This document shows, one piece after another, positions 48,174 to 64,000 of a stretch of DNA of 64,000 nt. The stretch comes from Trichinella spiralis. Lineage: Eukaryota. Both the position numbers and the translations under genes were made by a program. The stretch is taken from the NCBI RefSeq assembly GCF_000181795.1, contig NW_003526944.1, positions 1,657,045 through 1,721,044 on the forward strand. The letters run 5' to 3'. Under the pieces are notes generated by a model. The model was not told the DNA's origin. It saw nothing but the letters and a program-made list of their open reading frames with translations, and searched no databases. Positions within the stretch are counted from its first letter, which is position 1. Every line of letters begins with the position of its first letter.

Positions 48174-50750
48174 ATGATGCTGGACAAAGTGGACGAACAA
48201 TCATCTTCATCGCAGACCGGTGAAAAGTGTCTGGATTATTTGGAACGTTTATTTCAACGTCACGGTGAATTGGTCGGCCGACATCCGGCCGTATTTTTAA
48301 TCGCGCCGTTGTTGGTGGCCGGCATGTTGTCCATCGGCGTGGTCAACGTCCAAATGGCCGACGATATGCGACAATTGTACACGCCGCCGGGTTCCGTTTC
48401 TTTGGACGAATACCGTCAGCACAGCCAGTTTCTCAGCGACGGCAACTATTCGACCAGCGGCGTCTTTTATATCGGCATCGCCAGGCGGGACGGCGGCAAT
48501 TTGTTGCAACTCAATTATGCAAATTTTATCGATCAACTCAACCAGTTCGTCTTGAACAATTTGACGTTCAATTTCGAAGGGAAGCTGTTGTCGTTCAACC
48601 GCGACGTCTGTTCCAAGTCGATCTCCTGCACGAAAAGCAACGAAGTATTTCGGCTGATCGTCGACGCCTACTTCAACCCACGACTCACGAGCAACGCCGA
48701 CGTCAAGTTGACCTATCCGGTCGCTTCTATATTCGGCAATCGGATGTTCTTGGGCGGTCTGTTCGGCGGGGTTCAAACCGACCCCGCCCAAGGGGGCCGA
48801 ATTTCGTCGGTCAGCATGGTTCACCTCATCTACCAGTATCCGACGTTCGAACGGCAGAAGTTGGTCGACTCGTTCGAAAAAGCCGTGCGCGACCACTTGG
48901 CCACACTGGTCCTAGAGGACCCGTGGAACGACAACCTCGAATTCCACACCTACAGCTCGTCGACGCTCAAGGACGAAGTGTCCAGGACAACTTTGTACGC
49001 GTTGCCGTATTTTCCGATCAGCGTCCTGCTGTTGACCGCACTGCTGGTCAGCGTGCTCTGCACCGGCGATTCGACCACATCCAAACCGCTCGAAGGTCTG
49101 GCCGGTCTGGTGAACAGTCTGCTGGCGATAGCGGCCGCGTTCGGCTTGGTCGCCGCCGTCGGCGTCCCCTACAACAGCACCGTCACGGTGGTGCCGTTCA
49201 TCACGTTGGCGTTGGCCGTCGACGACACTTTCATCCTGCTCGCCGCCTGGCACCAGACCGACCGTCGTCTCGGGCCGGCCAGCCGTCTGGGTTTGTGTCT
49301 CAAAGAAGCCGGACCGGCGATCACGGTCACCGTCTCGACGGACGTGTTTTCCTTTTTGATCGGCGTGTTCTCTTCGACGCCGGCGGTATCGTCGTTTTGC
49401 ATCTACACCGTGGCGGCGATCTTGTTCGACTACATTTTCCAGTTGACGTTCTTTTGCGCAGTTGCCGCCTACGGTGGACGTCGTGAAGCCAACTCTCGGC
49501 ATTGTTTGTTCTACTGGAAGACGGTGGACAAGCGAACCACCACGACCACCACCACAACCACTGCCCCTGCTCGAGTCAATCCTGTTCAACGTATTTTGAG
49601 CAAACTTTATGCACAATTTTGGCGATGGCCCGCAAGTCGACTTTTCGTACTGGTCATCTACGCTGTCTATTTGGTGGTCAGCTTGTACGGCGCGTCGACC
49701 ATTCGGGTGAATTTGACTCCCGAAAATTTGCTCGTGACCAATTCACCGCTCAAACGTTACATCTGGCTGGCCGAACAGTACATCTATCCGCAAGGATTTT
49801 CGGCCGACGTCTACATTTTGAACGCCCCCGACATGCGCAACCGAACCCAACTGCAACGGGTCCAGCAGTTTGTCGACGAACTCGAACACAGTCGATTTGC
49901 CGTCGGCCACGATTCGACTTCTTTTTGGTTGGAGCCGTTCCAACGGTACATGCAACACCTCGGCGCTGACGACGACGAATTCTACGACTATTTGAGCGAC
50001 TTTGTCCACTTGTCCAGCAACGAACGTTGGACCAGACATTTGAGGTTCGACCAGCGACCCGGACGTCGACACTTGTTGACCCAGTTTTCGTTCACCACCG
50101 GCTTCAAAATCACCGACTGGGTCAGTCGGTCGGACATGGTGGTCCAGTGGCGCCAACTTTGCGATCGCTACGCCGATCTCAAGCCGGTCGTCTACGACGA
50201 GTACAATTTCATCGCCGACCAAGTGGTCTCGTTGAAAACTACCACTCTCCAAGAAGTGGGTGTGGCGTTCTGTTGCATGGGTCTCGTCTGCGCGCTGTTC
50301 ATCCGCCAACGCGACGTCCTCTTCTGGGTCTTGTGGAGCTTGTTCAGCATGGATTTGGGCGTCATCGGCCTGCTGGCACTCTGGAACTTGGACATGGACC
50401 CGACGTTGGTCGTCTCGGTACTGATGAGCATCGGCTTGACGGTCGACTTCACCATCCACATGGCCTACCACTACCATCGTCACCACGAACAGTGCTGGAT
50501 GAAGCGCATGTTGGCGTTGTTCGACGTGGCCGGCTGGCCGTTGATCGAAGGCGGCCTGTGCACTTTGTTGGCCATGTTGTCGTTGGTGTTCGTCTCGTCC
50601 CACGTGGCGTCGGTTTTTTTGCGAACCGTCCTGCTGGTGGTCATTTTGGGTCTTTTTCACTCGTTGATCGTTTTGCCGGCCTTGTTCACGCTGACCCACT
50701 GGCCGGAGAAACTGTCCACTGTATCCTCGCTTGTAAGTAGTAAATTTTAA
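48174..50750 (+). CDS. ptr: Patched-related (PTR/PTCHD) sterol-sensing-domain RND protein, single exon
   Basis: 858-aa ORF with 12-TM topology: HP..FLIAPLL, YTP..S.S..E, SKP, VPFITLALAVDDTFILL.AW, EAGPAITVT..TD..SF.IG, FDYIFQLTFF, MSIGLTVDFTIH, GLFHSLIVLP. Confidence 0.93.
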   Translation: MMLDKVDEQSSSSQTGEKCLDYLERLFQRHGELVGRHPAVFLIAPLLVAGMLSIGVVNVQMADDMRQLYTPPGSVSLDEYRQHSQFLSDGNYSTSGVFYIGIARRDGGNLLQLNYANFIDQLNQFVLNNLTFNFEGKLLSFNRDVCSKSISCTKSNEVFRLIVDAYFNPRLTSNADVKLTYPVASIFGNRMFLGGLFGGVQTDPAQGGRISSVSMVHLIYQYPTFERQKLVDSFEKAVRDHLATLVLEDPWNDNLEFHTYSSSTLKDEVSRTTLYALPYFPISVLLLTALLVSVLCTGDSTTSKPLEGLAGLVNSLLAIAAAFGLVAAVGVPYNSTVTVVPFITLALAVDDTFILLAAWHQTDRRLGPASRLGLCLKEAGPAITVTVSTDVFSFLIGVFSSTPAVSSFCIYTVAAILFDYIFQLTFFCAVAAYGGRREANSRHCLFYWKTVDKRTTTTTTTTTAPARVNPVQRILSKLYAQFWRWPASRLFVLVIYAVYLVVSLYGASTIRVNLTPENLLVTNSPLKRYIWLAEQYIYPQGFSADVYILNAPDMRNRTQLQRVQQFVDELEHSRFAVGHDSTSFWLEPFQRYMQHLGADDDEFYDYLSDFVHLSSNERWTRHLRFDQRPGRRHLLTQFSFTTGFKITDWVSRSDMVVQWRQLCDRYADLKPVVYDEYNFIADQVVSLKTTTLQEVGVAFCCMGLVCALFIRQRDVLFWVLWSLFSMDLGVIGLLALWNLDMDPTLVVSVLMSIGLTVDFTIHMAYHYHRHHEQCWMKRMLALFDVAGWPLIEGGLCTLLAMLSLVFVSSHVASVFLRTVLLVVILGLFHSLIVLPALFTLTHWPEKLSTVSSLVSSKF

Positions 50751-52887
50751 TCTTGTGCTGGGCTGTTGTTGCTGTTGCTGTTATTTCTAATCAACGAAAC
50801 CCAAATTCAAAAACATCCCTCTCCTCGGATCTCTCATTGTTTGCCGTTATTATTCAAATTTTTCAATTTTACTCAATTTTTACTGGATTTATTCTTTAGC
50901 AGTTGTATCATGTGTGTGTATGGGGTTCGGTGAATCATTCTTTTTTTTCTCACTGATCAAAAGAATAATTAATTATTCATCATCATCACTTCTTTTTATT
51001 TTTGTCACTTTTTTTAGCGTGTATTTTGTATATTGTTAATAAATGAACATTTCATTGTTCCATTCAGCTGTATAACATCTCGCAATCATAACCGTAAAGA
51101 ACTTGATTGGAAAATATTTTCATTTACAGTGAGTGGCATGGTTTATTTCATTTCAATTCAGTTCACTCACTGACATGTTTTCTGATTTAAAAGAGCGTAT
51201 CGAGCGATGAATGAATTGAAAAATTCGACAAATTACTACTGTTTCACTCTTCTCTACTAAACTATTTATTTATTTATTTATTTATTCATCAGCAAAACAA
51301 AATCGTTACCAAATGGTACAAATTCAAATACGAAATGAAACTATAAGCAACAACATTTAAACATCTGAATAGGAATTTTTTGTTCTGATTGTTCATTTAT
51401 TGATTATTGATTTACTGAAGAAAAACGACACCATCGACACGCATTTGATAAACATCCGGAATTTGATTTTCTTTAATTTGTTTTTTATTTTTACTTTGAA
51501 CAACCAAATAATCGATGAACCTAAATAACTTTTTCTTGGATACTGTAATATTGGGGTCAGTTTCAATTTTTTTTTCATTTTATTCAATTCTGCTGATTAC
51601 TGGAAGCAATTGGACAATTATTTATTCGTAAGCAAAGTTTTTCGTATCAATCAGGAAAATCAAATTACGTGTCTTTTTACAAAAATAGACCTGAACAGCT
51701 GCTTGATAACGACTGCGTCATAGGATGGGTTTGTTAGTTGTTCAAAATTCGTACCAACCAAATCAATGAATGACAAAAATGACAAGATTGTTGTAGTGAT
51801 AATTTTGAAATTTTTCTTCATTTAATTCAAATTCAACAACTTCTTTCTTAATTGTGTATTACTAAATTTCGAAATTGATTTCATAATAACTTTTCCCCTG
51901 TCTTTTCGAATAATTTGTTCTGTTCTATGTATTCTTGAAATATTTGAAATTATTATCATCAATTAAGTGAACAATTTCCATTGCAATTAATTTGTAAAAT
52001 TCCCCCAACATGCAATCTTCAGCATAAACTGTGTTAGCATCGCTTGAATTGTTATGTTGAAATTGATGAACTAGTTTTGTTGATCAGAAAGATTCAATTG
52101 ATGAAAAAGTTTCTTTTTTTTTGATATTTCATTCACCATCATTATTGGAAAATAGATATTTTGTTCTTGTGATTTTCAGAACAGTTTTTATGTAAAGTAA
52201 AATTTGAAAAACATTTAAAATAAGAGCAGTAATTTTCTTACTGTAAAAGTTGTATATAAAAAGTGTTTTTTTCTATTTTCTCAGTTGCAAAATGATAAAT
52301 GATGTTCTACCTTTTGTAAAAGGTGTTTTATATTCCATTTTGCTTGAATTTAACGTTGAAACAAGAATAGAAATTGAACGACGTGTTTCGTTTCTTTTTT
52401 TCATTTATAATTTATAATGGAAAAGTGGAGCAGAATAATGGAATGAAATAATATTTGAAAATGAATTATTATTTTAATAATTACAAAAGTAAGGAACTTT
52501 TCTTGTAAATGGAATGTTTGCCGGTGCACGTCAATTCAGCACGTAATTTTTGAACGTGTGGAATCATTTGGACTCGACTGACATGGTGACGGAAGTGACG
52601 CAGTTGTGGCAAAACGTTCAATCCACCACCAAACTAACTTTATTGAATGGACAGCAGACCCAGAAAACGTGCTCATTTGGCACTTAACATATTCGAAAGT
52701 GGAATTGTAAAAATGGAAATTGATTTAATAAAATGATCTATTTTATTAATAGTTTAATTTGAAAAAAAATTTTTTTTTTAATTTCCATTTAAGCATTCTG
52801 TTTCCAAACACCCGTGCCATGTACGTGTTTTGTTATCGAAAATGTTAAATTGATTGATGAAATTTCAAAAGTTCAATTACAACTAAC

Positions 52888-52901
52888 GTTCCCATGGTAA
52901 C
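52888..52901 (+). promoter_or_regulatory. X-box (RFX/DAF-19 site)
   Basis: GTTCCCATGGTAAC matches GTHNYY-AT-RRNAAC exactly and ends 80 nt upstream of the ATG at 52981. Confidence 0.8.
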
Positions 52902-52980
52902 GGTCGTAAACAGTCGATTCGACTGCAAACTCGCCGACAGTGTTGAACTCGAATTGAACAAATTTGCATATTTTCCGTCG

Positions 52981-55121
52981 ATGCAAGCAAATAAACGAGG
53001 TATTTATTGGTGGACGTTTGTTTGAAAAATGAAATTTGATTTATTTTTTTTTAAATAAGTTGTAATTTCAATTTTCCATTTCAGTCACATCTGGTCAAAA
53101 ACGACAATACAAACAACAACAACAACAACAAAAGCGCCAAAGTCCACGCCTGAGCAACACTGTTCAATCGAAGTAAAAAAAATATCAATCCTCTTTTTCA
53201 ATATACGGTCTGTTACTGTATTTGTTTGTAGAAATGAACTTGTCGAAACTCATTATATACAAACTTTGGAACAAGAAGTCGATTTCTTGGAATTGGAAAA
53301 TTCTTTGTTGTTGAGTTTACAATCAATTATTGTTCAATTTCTTGTGTTGTTTGTTGTTCATAATTGGAAAATATGATTTAGAAAATCTGAATTGGAAAAA
53401 GATCCAACCGGATGTGATGTGAAGAAAGAAAAGACAAGAAAATGTCAGGTATTGAAATCATGTATTTGTCTGTATGTAATTTGTAAAATGTTGATTATTT
53501 TATAAATTTATTCAGGTGAATGTGAAATCCGGTGAAGCCAATGTTGAAGCACTGCTTGATGAAAACGAACAGCTCAAAAAGCAACTCGCCCATGTTACAG
53601 GTAAAAATTGTTCAACGATTTGATGAATTAATCATGAGCAACAAATTCTATGATTTGTATTTTCTGTTCACATTATAGTTTTTTTATTTCATCATTTTTA
53701 AAGAACTAGGCCAAACTTACAAGCGCAATTTGAGCGAAGAAGTGGTCGAGTTGCGCAAAAAGCTCGACGATACTGTACCGGATATTTCTTGTCGTGAAGC
53801 AGAATTGGCACAACTGAGGATCGAAGTCGAAGAAGGAAAGCAAAAATTAGCTCAAGCTACTCGCATGGTGGCGTTTTTCAAAGCTCAAGTATACATATTA
53901 TTTTATTTATTGTTTTTTTTTTTTCAAATTTTGTTGTTTTTTCTTTTCCTGAAATTTTTTAAAGTGCAAATCTGACAGTCAAAATGGTAACGTGATGTTG
54001 TGTCGAAAGCATGGGGACAAGCAAGCTCAGGTGGAAAAGTTGACGAACGAGCTGAAATTGTTGGAATGTCGAATGCGTGAATTGAACGAACGTTATCAGC
54101 AAAGTCAGGACGAAAAGTTGGCCATGAAAAAGCAGCTTAGACAAGCCGAACTGCAAGCTAAAAAGGATCGACTGATTGCCGAGAAGGTGATTGAAGAGAA
54201 TGAAAATTTGATTCAAGAAAATTCACAACTCCAAGTCACCGTATCTAAAATGCTTTTACAAACCGATACGGTAATTTGAAGTCATATATATTATATGGTG
54301 ATTTATTTATTTATTTGTTTATTTGTTTGTTTGTTTTTATTAGAATTTCCCAATTGTTGGAGATGAAAAGTGTCAATCCGAGTTGGTTCAGATTAAAGAA
54401 AATGAGCAGCTTTTGCGTGCAGAATTGATTAGCCGTGAAAATGCTCTACACGATGCTCACGTGGAACAGCGGCGTTTATGCTGTCAGGTTTGGTTGCAAA
54501 GAAAAATAAACCATTTCATTTGCATAGTGAATGAAAAAAAAATTCCTTTTTCCATTTTCATCATCGTTGAAGATTGAAGATTTGGAATCAACCCAACGAA
54601 CGTTGAAACAATCCCAAGGGAAGCTTTACGACCAGATCGAATCTTTGCAGTCGGCTAGTCGAGTGTTGAGCGATGAGAACAAGCAGCTTCGTCAAGAGAT
54701 ACTTGGTCTTGAAACAAGCATCGAAACCCATCTCGCCAACGTAGGGAAATTTTCGTTTCAATATTTGTGATAACTTTTTAAAATAATAATAATAATAATT
54801 TCATTTCCAATATTTGACAGATTCAACAGCAAGGTGAAGAAATTAAAACGCTGAGAAATCGTCTCAGTGCATACGAGCAGCAGAAGAAAATCATTTCTGC
54901 AAAACTTCGCAATGCTCAACAAGAGCACCGAGAAAAGTGGGCGGTGGCCAATTTTTTCTATTTTTCTCAAATCATCTTTCCAACACACAGTCTGTTTTAG
55001 ATTTTTACAACTGAATCAACTTGCCACGGAATTTCGACAAATTTCTCAAAGCCTTTACAACGACACTTCACCGGCACGTTACTTGGCTGAATGTGAGGAC
55101 AGTAATTCGAAAAAGGAGTAA
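52981..55121 (+). CDS. Hypothetical coiled-coil protein, about 11 small exons, predicted ciliary/basal-body
   Basis: In-frame exon chain from MQANKR|VTSGQKRQYKQQQQQQ..|NELVETHYIQTLEQEVDFLELENSLL|KSE.. through E/K/Q/L-rich heptad exons (53704-53888, ~53990-54270, 54344-54486, 54572-54740, 54821-54935, 55001-55121). Confidence 0.8.
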
Positions 55122-56382
55122 TTCTTGAATAAAATTTCGATTTATTAATTATAATAAACTGAACAATTGAAGTGTTTTTTTTTCAAACTATTGAACCGAA
55201 TCTGTAATGAACAGATTTATATAAGTATACTTTTTTTTTTGGTTTTTCACCTGAGCATTCACAGTTGATTGAACAACGTTTTAATACTGCCGTGATTGCC
55301 GTTCTCTTCTTCATTTCTACTATTATATTTATTACACATGCCAAACTATTTGAACGCTCCAATTGTCGCTTTGTGCCGATTGCACTGATTGCATTTTTGA
55401 AAGTCATCAAATAATCTGTCCAGCGGAACACCCCCAATTTGATAAAAATCTTCGCCAATTACATGCAACAACAACAACTCTGTCCGTCTTCTACACATTT
55501 GAAGTGAGTCGCACACACCTTGCGTTTATTATTCTTTGTTTGGAATCAGTTGTACAGTTTGATATTGAAATGTGATAATCAAGATTTTAACAATTAATTA
55601 ATTGACTAATTAATGCATTAAGACAATTTTCTTTCTTTTTCAAATCTCGTCTTGTTCAAATTATACTTCAACAATGATGTAATTTAATTCTTACTGTTGG
55701 TGAATTTGACATTCAAGATTTAATCTTTTTTTAATTTTTTTGCTATGATTTTGTGATTTGGAATTTATACGTTAAAAAATTGAATTTTATTTTCTAATGT
55801 ACATAGTATAAACAAAAACATAATTATTTTTGCATATAATATAAAATAAAGGAGTTTTACTTAAAATAAATTATTGATTCTTCAATAAGAAATTTCGCTG
55901 GAAAGGTAAACATTTTGTTCACGTAGATAAGAACAATTTTGCATATTGCACTGATGCGGTGGTTTCTAATTATACATTTACCAAAATCATTTGACTGAAG
56001 TTACTTTCCCGTTTCCCGTCTACTAATTACTACCGCACATTACCTACTATATACTAACTAAACAGACGGCGAATTTTCAGTTGATCCAAGTTTTTTTTCT
56101 TCACACAACAACTTTCAGGTAATACAATTTATTAATTATGTTGTTTATTATTTGTCTGACTCTATCAATTTGTCAACAATTTTCTGAAATGAGCTTCTCG
56201 ATCAATCAATTCATGTTTATTCACTTTTTCTTCATATTCATTCAATCACACGTTAAAATGGAAATATTCAAAAATATGCAAGTAATTATTCCAATTTACA
56301 AACAGTTTAAAAACATTTCATTAATATGCAAATGTCTGACAGTAATGGAATAGAGCAAAAAATTAAATAATTTTACGTTGGG

Positions 56383-60064
<3,682 letters not shown>

Positions 60065-60504
60065 TTCTGAACAAAAACTCACTCCTCCACTTACAATAAG
60101 CTCATGAACTATTTTCCCACCTCCAACCGTACCATAATGAAAAGTAAGTGTAAATGTAAAACTAATTCAATTGTACTTTATTGCTTATTTGAACATTTCT
60201 TTTTCAAATTTTATGTTTTCACTAGTTATTATTCATTTCTATTCACACATTTGGTTTTTATCATTTGTTTATTCGAATTTTTTGATGACAAAGAATATTT
60301 TAATGGTTTTTTTATTTGGTTTCTTTTTCTTATTGATTTATTTTGGTTCAATCAGTTGGCTATTTCTAGATTTAAATGACAATTTCTTCATGCTTAAAAG
60401 AACAAGAGGATTTTGTCGTGTCGATCAAATTGAAGTTGTTATTCTGAAAATAAAGTTTCACCAAAATTGACAACACAGCTTTGCTGAAAAAAATCACAAG
60501 AACA

Positions 60505-60620
60505 AATTCGTGAAAGGCGAGAAAAATAGACAAAATACTGAAACTTGCGATAGAGATAGCATGCAGAACGGCATTTCAAATTCTGGCCAATCAGAACGTT
60601 ACAACCAACACCAATCGGAG
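60505..60620. promoter_or_regulatory. Candidate core of the divergent MCM3/CDC73 promoter (two CCAAT boxes, E2F-like and CHR-like sites)
   Basis: GGCCAATCAG (CCAAT at 60587-60591) and CACCAATCGG (60611-60615); GGCGAGAAAA near 60516 (E2F-like, one mismatch); TTTGAA on the minus strand near 60575. Confidence 0.45.
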
Positions 60621-60878
60621 ACTTGTAACGCAAGTTGAGAATTTTTATTTATATTTCACATAATTGAAAGATTGTATTTAAATAATTGCAAAAAAAATTT
60701 TATTTATTATTTTTTAATTTTATTCATGCAAAAATATTAAAATTATTCACTTCTCTATATAGAAAATTGCATATTTAAAATTTTTATTAAAATAATACTT
60801 AAGTTCAGATTTGTACAGTAATCTTATTTGTGAGAATTTTATTTGGAAGTTCGGCGTATGTAGGCAGTTTTTCAAAAA

Positions 60879-63602
60879 ATGGCCGATCCATTAAAGTTTT
60901 TTCGAGATTATATTTTAAATAATCGCCCAATTGTGGAGAGAGATGAATATATTATTTTTGGTGATACCGCTTTTAACAAGGATGCCAAAACTAATTATCT
61001 GGTTTGGAAGTGAGTGAAATTTTTACTTGTTATTACTTAATCACTTAGAATGTTTATTATAACTGTAATTTTATAATGGTGAAACAGTGCATGTTATTCA
61101 TTTTTGTCGTTCCATTTAAAATTCTTTAACTCTATGTTGATAATTTTATTAAAGTAATCTTTTAAAAGTTTGAAGTTCAAATAAATAAACTTTCAAGTTT
61201 AACAATTAATATTCAAAGTGATTAACTTTGGTAGTGGTGAATGTTCTTGTGCTAGTTTTTATTTATTCCCATTTACCTGTGATACTTTTATTTTTCAGTT
61301 TATTTGATTTAGTTGTGCCTAATTTTTCTTTTATTGTATTATTTAAAAATTATTAATTTATTTCATTTTTCAATTGTTCTATTTATTAATGGACTGTTAA
61401 CTGTTCAGCAAAAAAGACGAATATTATACAGTTGGAAGTTTATGGTTTTTTTACAAAAATCGTGAGCTTCTTCACACCACGTATGTCAAAGAAGCAGTCA
61501 GTAACAATGTACAGATCGTAACTCGACCTGACAGAAAAGTATTCGATTTTTCATTTGGCGTGTTTTATTTTACAATCAGCAGTGGTTTTTTAAGACTTTA
61601 GAAGAATTTCTCACAAATGAAAAATTTGATCGTATTCCTGCAAATGTGGATCTTAGTGCTCCCATACCACAATCTATTCCGGTTAGTCGTCTGACGTCGC
61701 TTGCAGATGCGCAGGCAGAAGCTAAACGACCTAGAGTTGAAGTAAGTCTGTTTTGTTTTGTAATAATTATTAACAAACTGTACCGATGGATGAAAACATC
61801 ATTTGAATAATATATATTTTAGGATGAAGAACAGGCAAGAAAAGACAAGGAACGTCTGATGGCGATTTTGGACCGAGGTACCAGCATGAGTGTGACAAAG
61901 CCGGATACGATTAGGTTTACATGTGCATACGTTTTTAAATTGAATTTTAATATTTTGTAATGATTGTTTTTAAGGGATTTGTCGAAAGAGCATGGTTTGA
62001 CTGCGGAGAAAATTGCAGCTTTGCGGTCGAAAGCTTTGGCACGTAAAAGGACGCAGATTAAAAACACTGAAGAAGAAATTGAAGAACCAACTCGGACTTT
62101 TGTTGAAAGTGATCAACTGGACGCCAACCGTGACATCATATCTCGCGAAAGAACTTACCGTACAAGAACAACTGTAATGCAATCATCCGTTGTAAGCATC
62201 CGTTTTTTTTTGTTTTGTGTTTCTTTATAATTTTTTTAAGCATTAATGGGTTGAATGAATGGGGGATATTTATTTTTCAATTTGACATTGAGACTTGTTT
62301 TTTAGTAGTTAGTTATTTGTAAATTTCAAAATGCTTGATTTAGTATTTTATTGTAGTTGACGACTGCACAATGCAGTATTTATTGAAGATACTTTTTAAA
62401 ATGAAAGTGAACTTTTGTTGTAATTTTTTTCAGAATTTAGCCAATCAAATTTTTGGCATTCTCGAAAGAATGAAAATAAAGGAAAATAGGAATCGCCCAC
62501 AGCCGGCGGTTGCTCCGGAAGCGGTAGAGAAACACAGAGCGGGTTACAGTCGTTACGCGCAAGAACGTTTCAGGAAAGAAGGTTATTTATTATTTCTTTT
62601 AGCAGAGAAAAAAAATATTTTTGAAATTTGAATTTTTATTTTTTTTAGAAACTGAGGATTTCAATATTGATACGAAACGCTCTTTTGCTGCCCAAGCGAT
62701 GAAAATTGATGAACATCTCGAACCTAAGAAAACAATTCCAGATTCTGCGAAAGTTATCTCGAATGCTATCAAGCCACCCATGAAGCGTGGTATGATGAAT
62801 AAAATTATTAATTAATTAATTTATTTAAGTGAATATTTTAGTTTCACGCACACCAATTATTATCATTCCGTCTGCAAATTCTTCATTGATAACGGTGTTC
62901 AACGTACGTGAGCTGTTAGAAAATTTTCGGTTGGTTCAGTTCAATTTTTATGTTATCATCATGTTTGTTGTTTTCGTCGTTGCTATTCAGATATATTCCA
63001 TTGTAGATTTGTCAGTTCTGCAGAGAAACGTGCAGCTGGGGTTAAACGTGAACCCGAAGTGCTGATACAACGATGCAAGGAGGGTGGGGTGACAGTGCCG
63101 TATCGTGTTGTTGACAATCCGATGAGATTTTTACCCGAAGAATGGTATATGCATAATTATTCAAATTTATGATAATGGCAGAATTGCTCAGCTGTTTTTT
63201 TCTTTGAACTATTGTTCAGGGACCGCGTTGTTGCAGTATTTGCTCAAGGTCCAGCTTGGCAATTTAAAAATTGGCCATTGGGTGCAACACCAACGGATAT
63301 CTTTTCCAAAGGTATTTTTTTTCTCGAATTCGTTTTATTTACATTATAATTAGGTTTTTTTTACAGTGAAAGCTTTTCACTTAACTTGGGACGATGACAA
63401 ACTGGACAACAACATTAGCCAGTGGGCTGTGGATGTGATGGCTTTATCTAGAACAAAGCGTCATTTGGATCGTGCTATTTTTCAGAAATTTTGGGAAGGT
63501 GTCGAAAGGTAAACTTACAAAAAACTTGCAGAAGGCATTTTTTAAAAATACTAATATACTTTCAGACATATAAAAAGGCACAAGCCATTTCTTCGTCATT
63601 AA
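60879..63602 (+). CDS. CDC73: Parafibromin / PAF1 complex subunit CDC73, multi-exon
   Basis: MADPL..RDY, KTNYLVW, EYYT, H..YV..A....[83 protein letters not shown]. Confidence 0.96.
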
Positions 63603-63825
63603 TTCTTGCTTTCTCGATTTTATGCCATTTTATGCAGCTTTACGCAAGTGTTTTTGGATTCATTTATACATTGAATCGTAATTGCTTGAATTTATCATCT
63701 ATAAAATGAGCGAGAAATAAAAGATTGTTTTTTTTTCTTTTTAATTTTTACAACAATCTTAAACTATTAGATGTGAATATTTGTTTCTTTCAAAATTTGA
63801 GCCCATTTTGGCAGTGGCGTTTCGT

Positions 63826-64000
63826 ATGACCATTCCAAACCAGAATAACGAAAACAGTGCAGGTACATTTCTAAATCGGATGGCTTTGGATCTAGAAATT
63901 TTGTACAGCAAAAGTGACACTCCACGTTGAACCAGCTGCAGTTTTCGAATTTGGTTGGATCAACAGTGCTTTTTCTGTCGATCCATTTTTCGGCAGTGAA
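63826..64000 (+). CDS. 5' end of an unidentified gene, truncated by the window edge
   Basis: ATG at 63826; exon 63826-63862, GT-AG intron 63863-63908, then an open frame to the end (MTIPNQNNENSAAKVTLHVEPAAVFEFGWINSAFSVDPFFGSE). Confidence 0.5.

Noticed and set aside
48297..50740. Several long antisense and alternative-frame ORFs (up to 318 aa) overlapping the ptr gene
   Set aside because: Expected shadow of high GC3 codon bias, which leaves few stops in other frames; the translations have no recognisable motifs.
55338..55575. Cys-containing ORF followed by a strong GTGAGT donor at 55504
   Set aside because: No in-frame ATG, no acceptor linking it in frame to the upstream gene, and no downstream exon found.

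Overview
AT-rich (about 30% GC by eye), gene-dense, short-intron eukaryotic DNA from a clade I nematode, almost certainly Trichinella: it carries the complete poly-cysteine and histidine-tailed protein (PCHTP) gene. I reconstructed the spliced genes by hand from GT-AG boundaries. In order: two intronless paralogous 7TM GPCRs (-), mitochondrial tRNA 2-thiouridylase TRMU/mnmA (-), NDUFAF4 (-), PCHTP (+), an orphan single-pass membrane protein (+), sFRP (+), MESD copy 1 (-), an ATMIN/ASCIZ-like zinc-finger gene (+), MESD copy 2 (+), rpn-2/PSMD1 (+), a FAM122/PABIR-like gene (-), an orphan multi-exon gene (+), QSOX (-), an intronless GC-rich patched-related gene (+), an orphan coiled-coil gene with a perfect X-box (+), MCM3 (-), CDC73 (+) and the 5' end of one more gene. 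I found no rRNA, tRNA, CRISPR array or intact transposon. The most notable observations: a locally duplicated MESD whose likely signal peptide is interrupted by an in-frame TAG that doubles as a splice acceptor; operon-like spacers (NDUFAF4->TRMU, ATMIN->MESD2, CDC73->next gene); a predicted ciliary gene; a consensus CTCF site upstream of the GC-rich ptr gene; and TCF+helper sites around sFRP. All family assignments come from motif recognition, not database searches.
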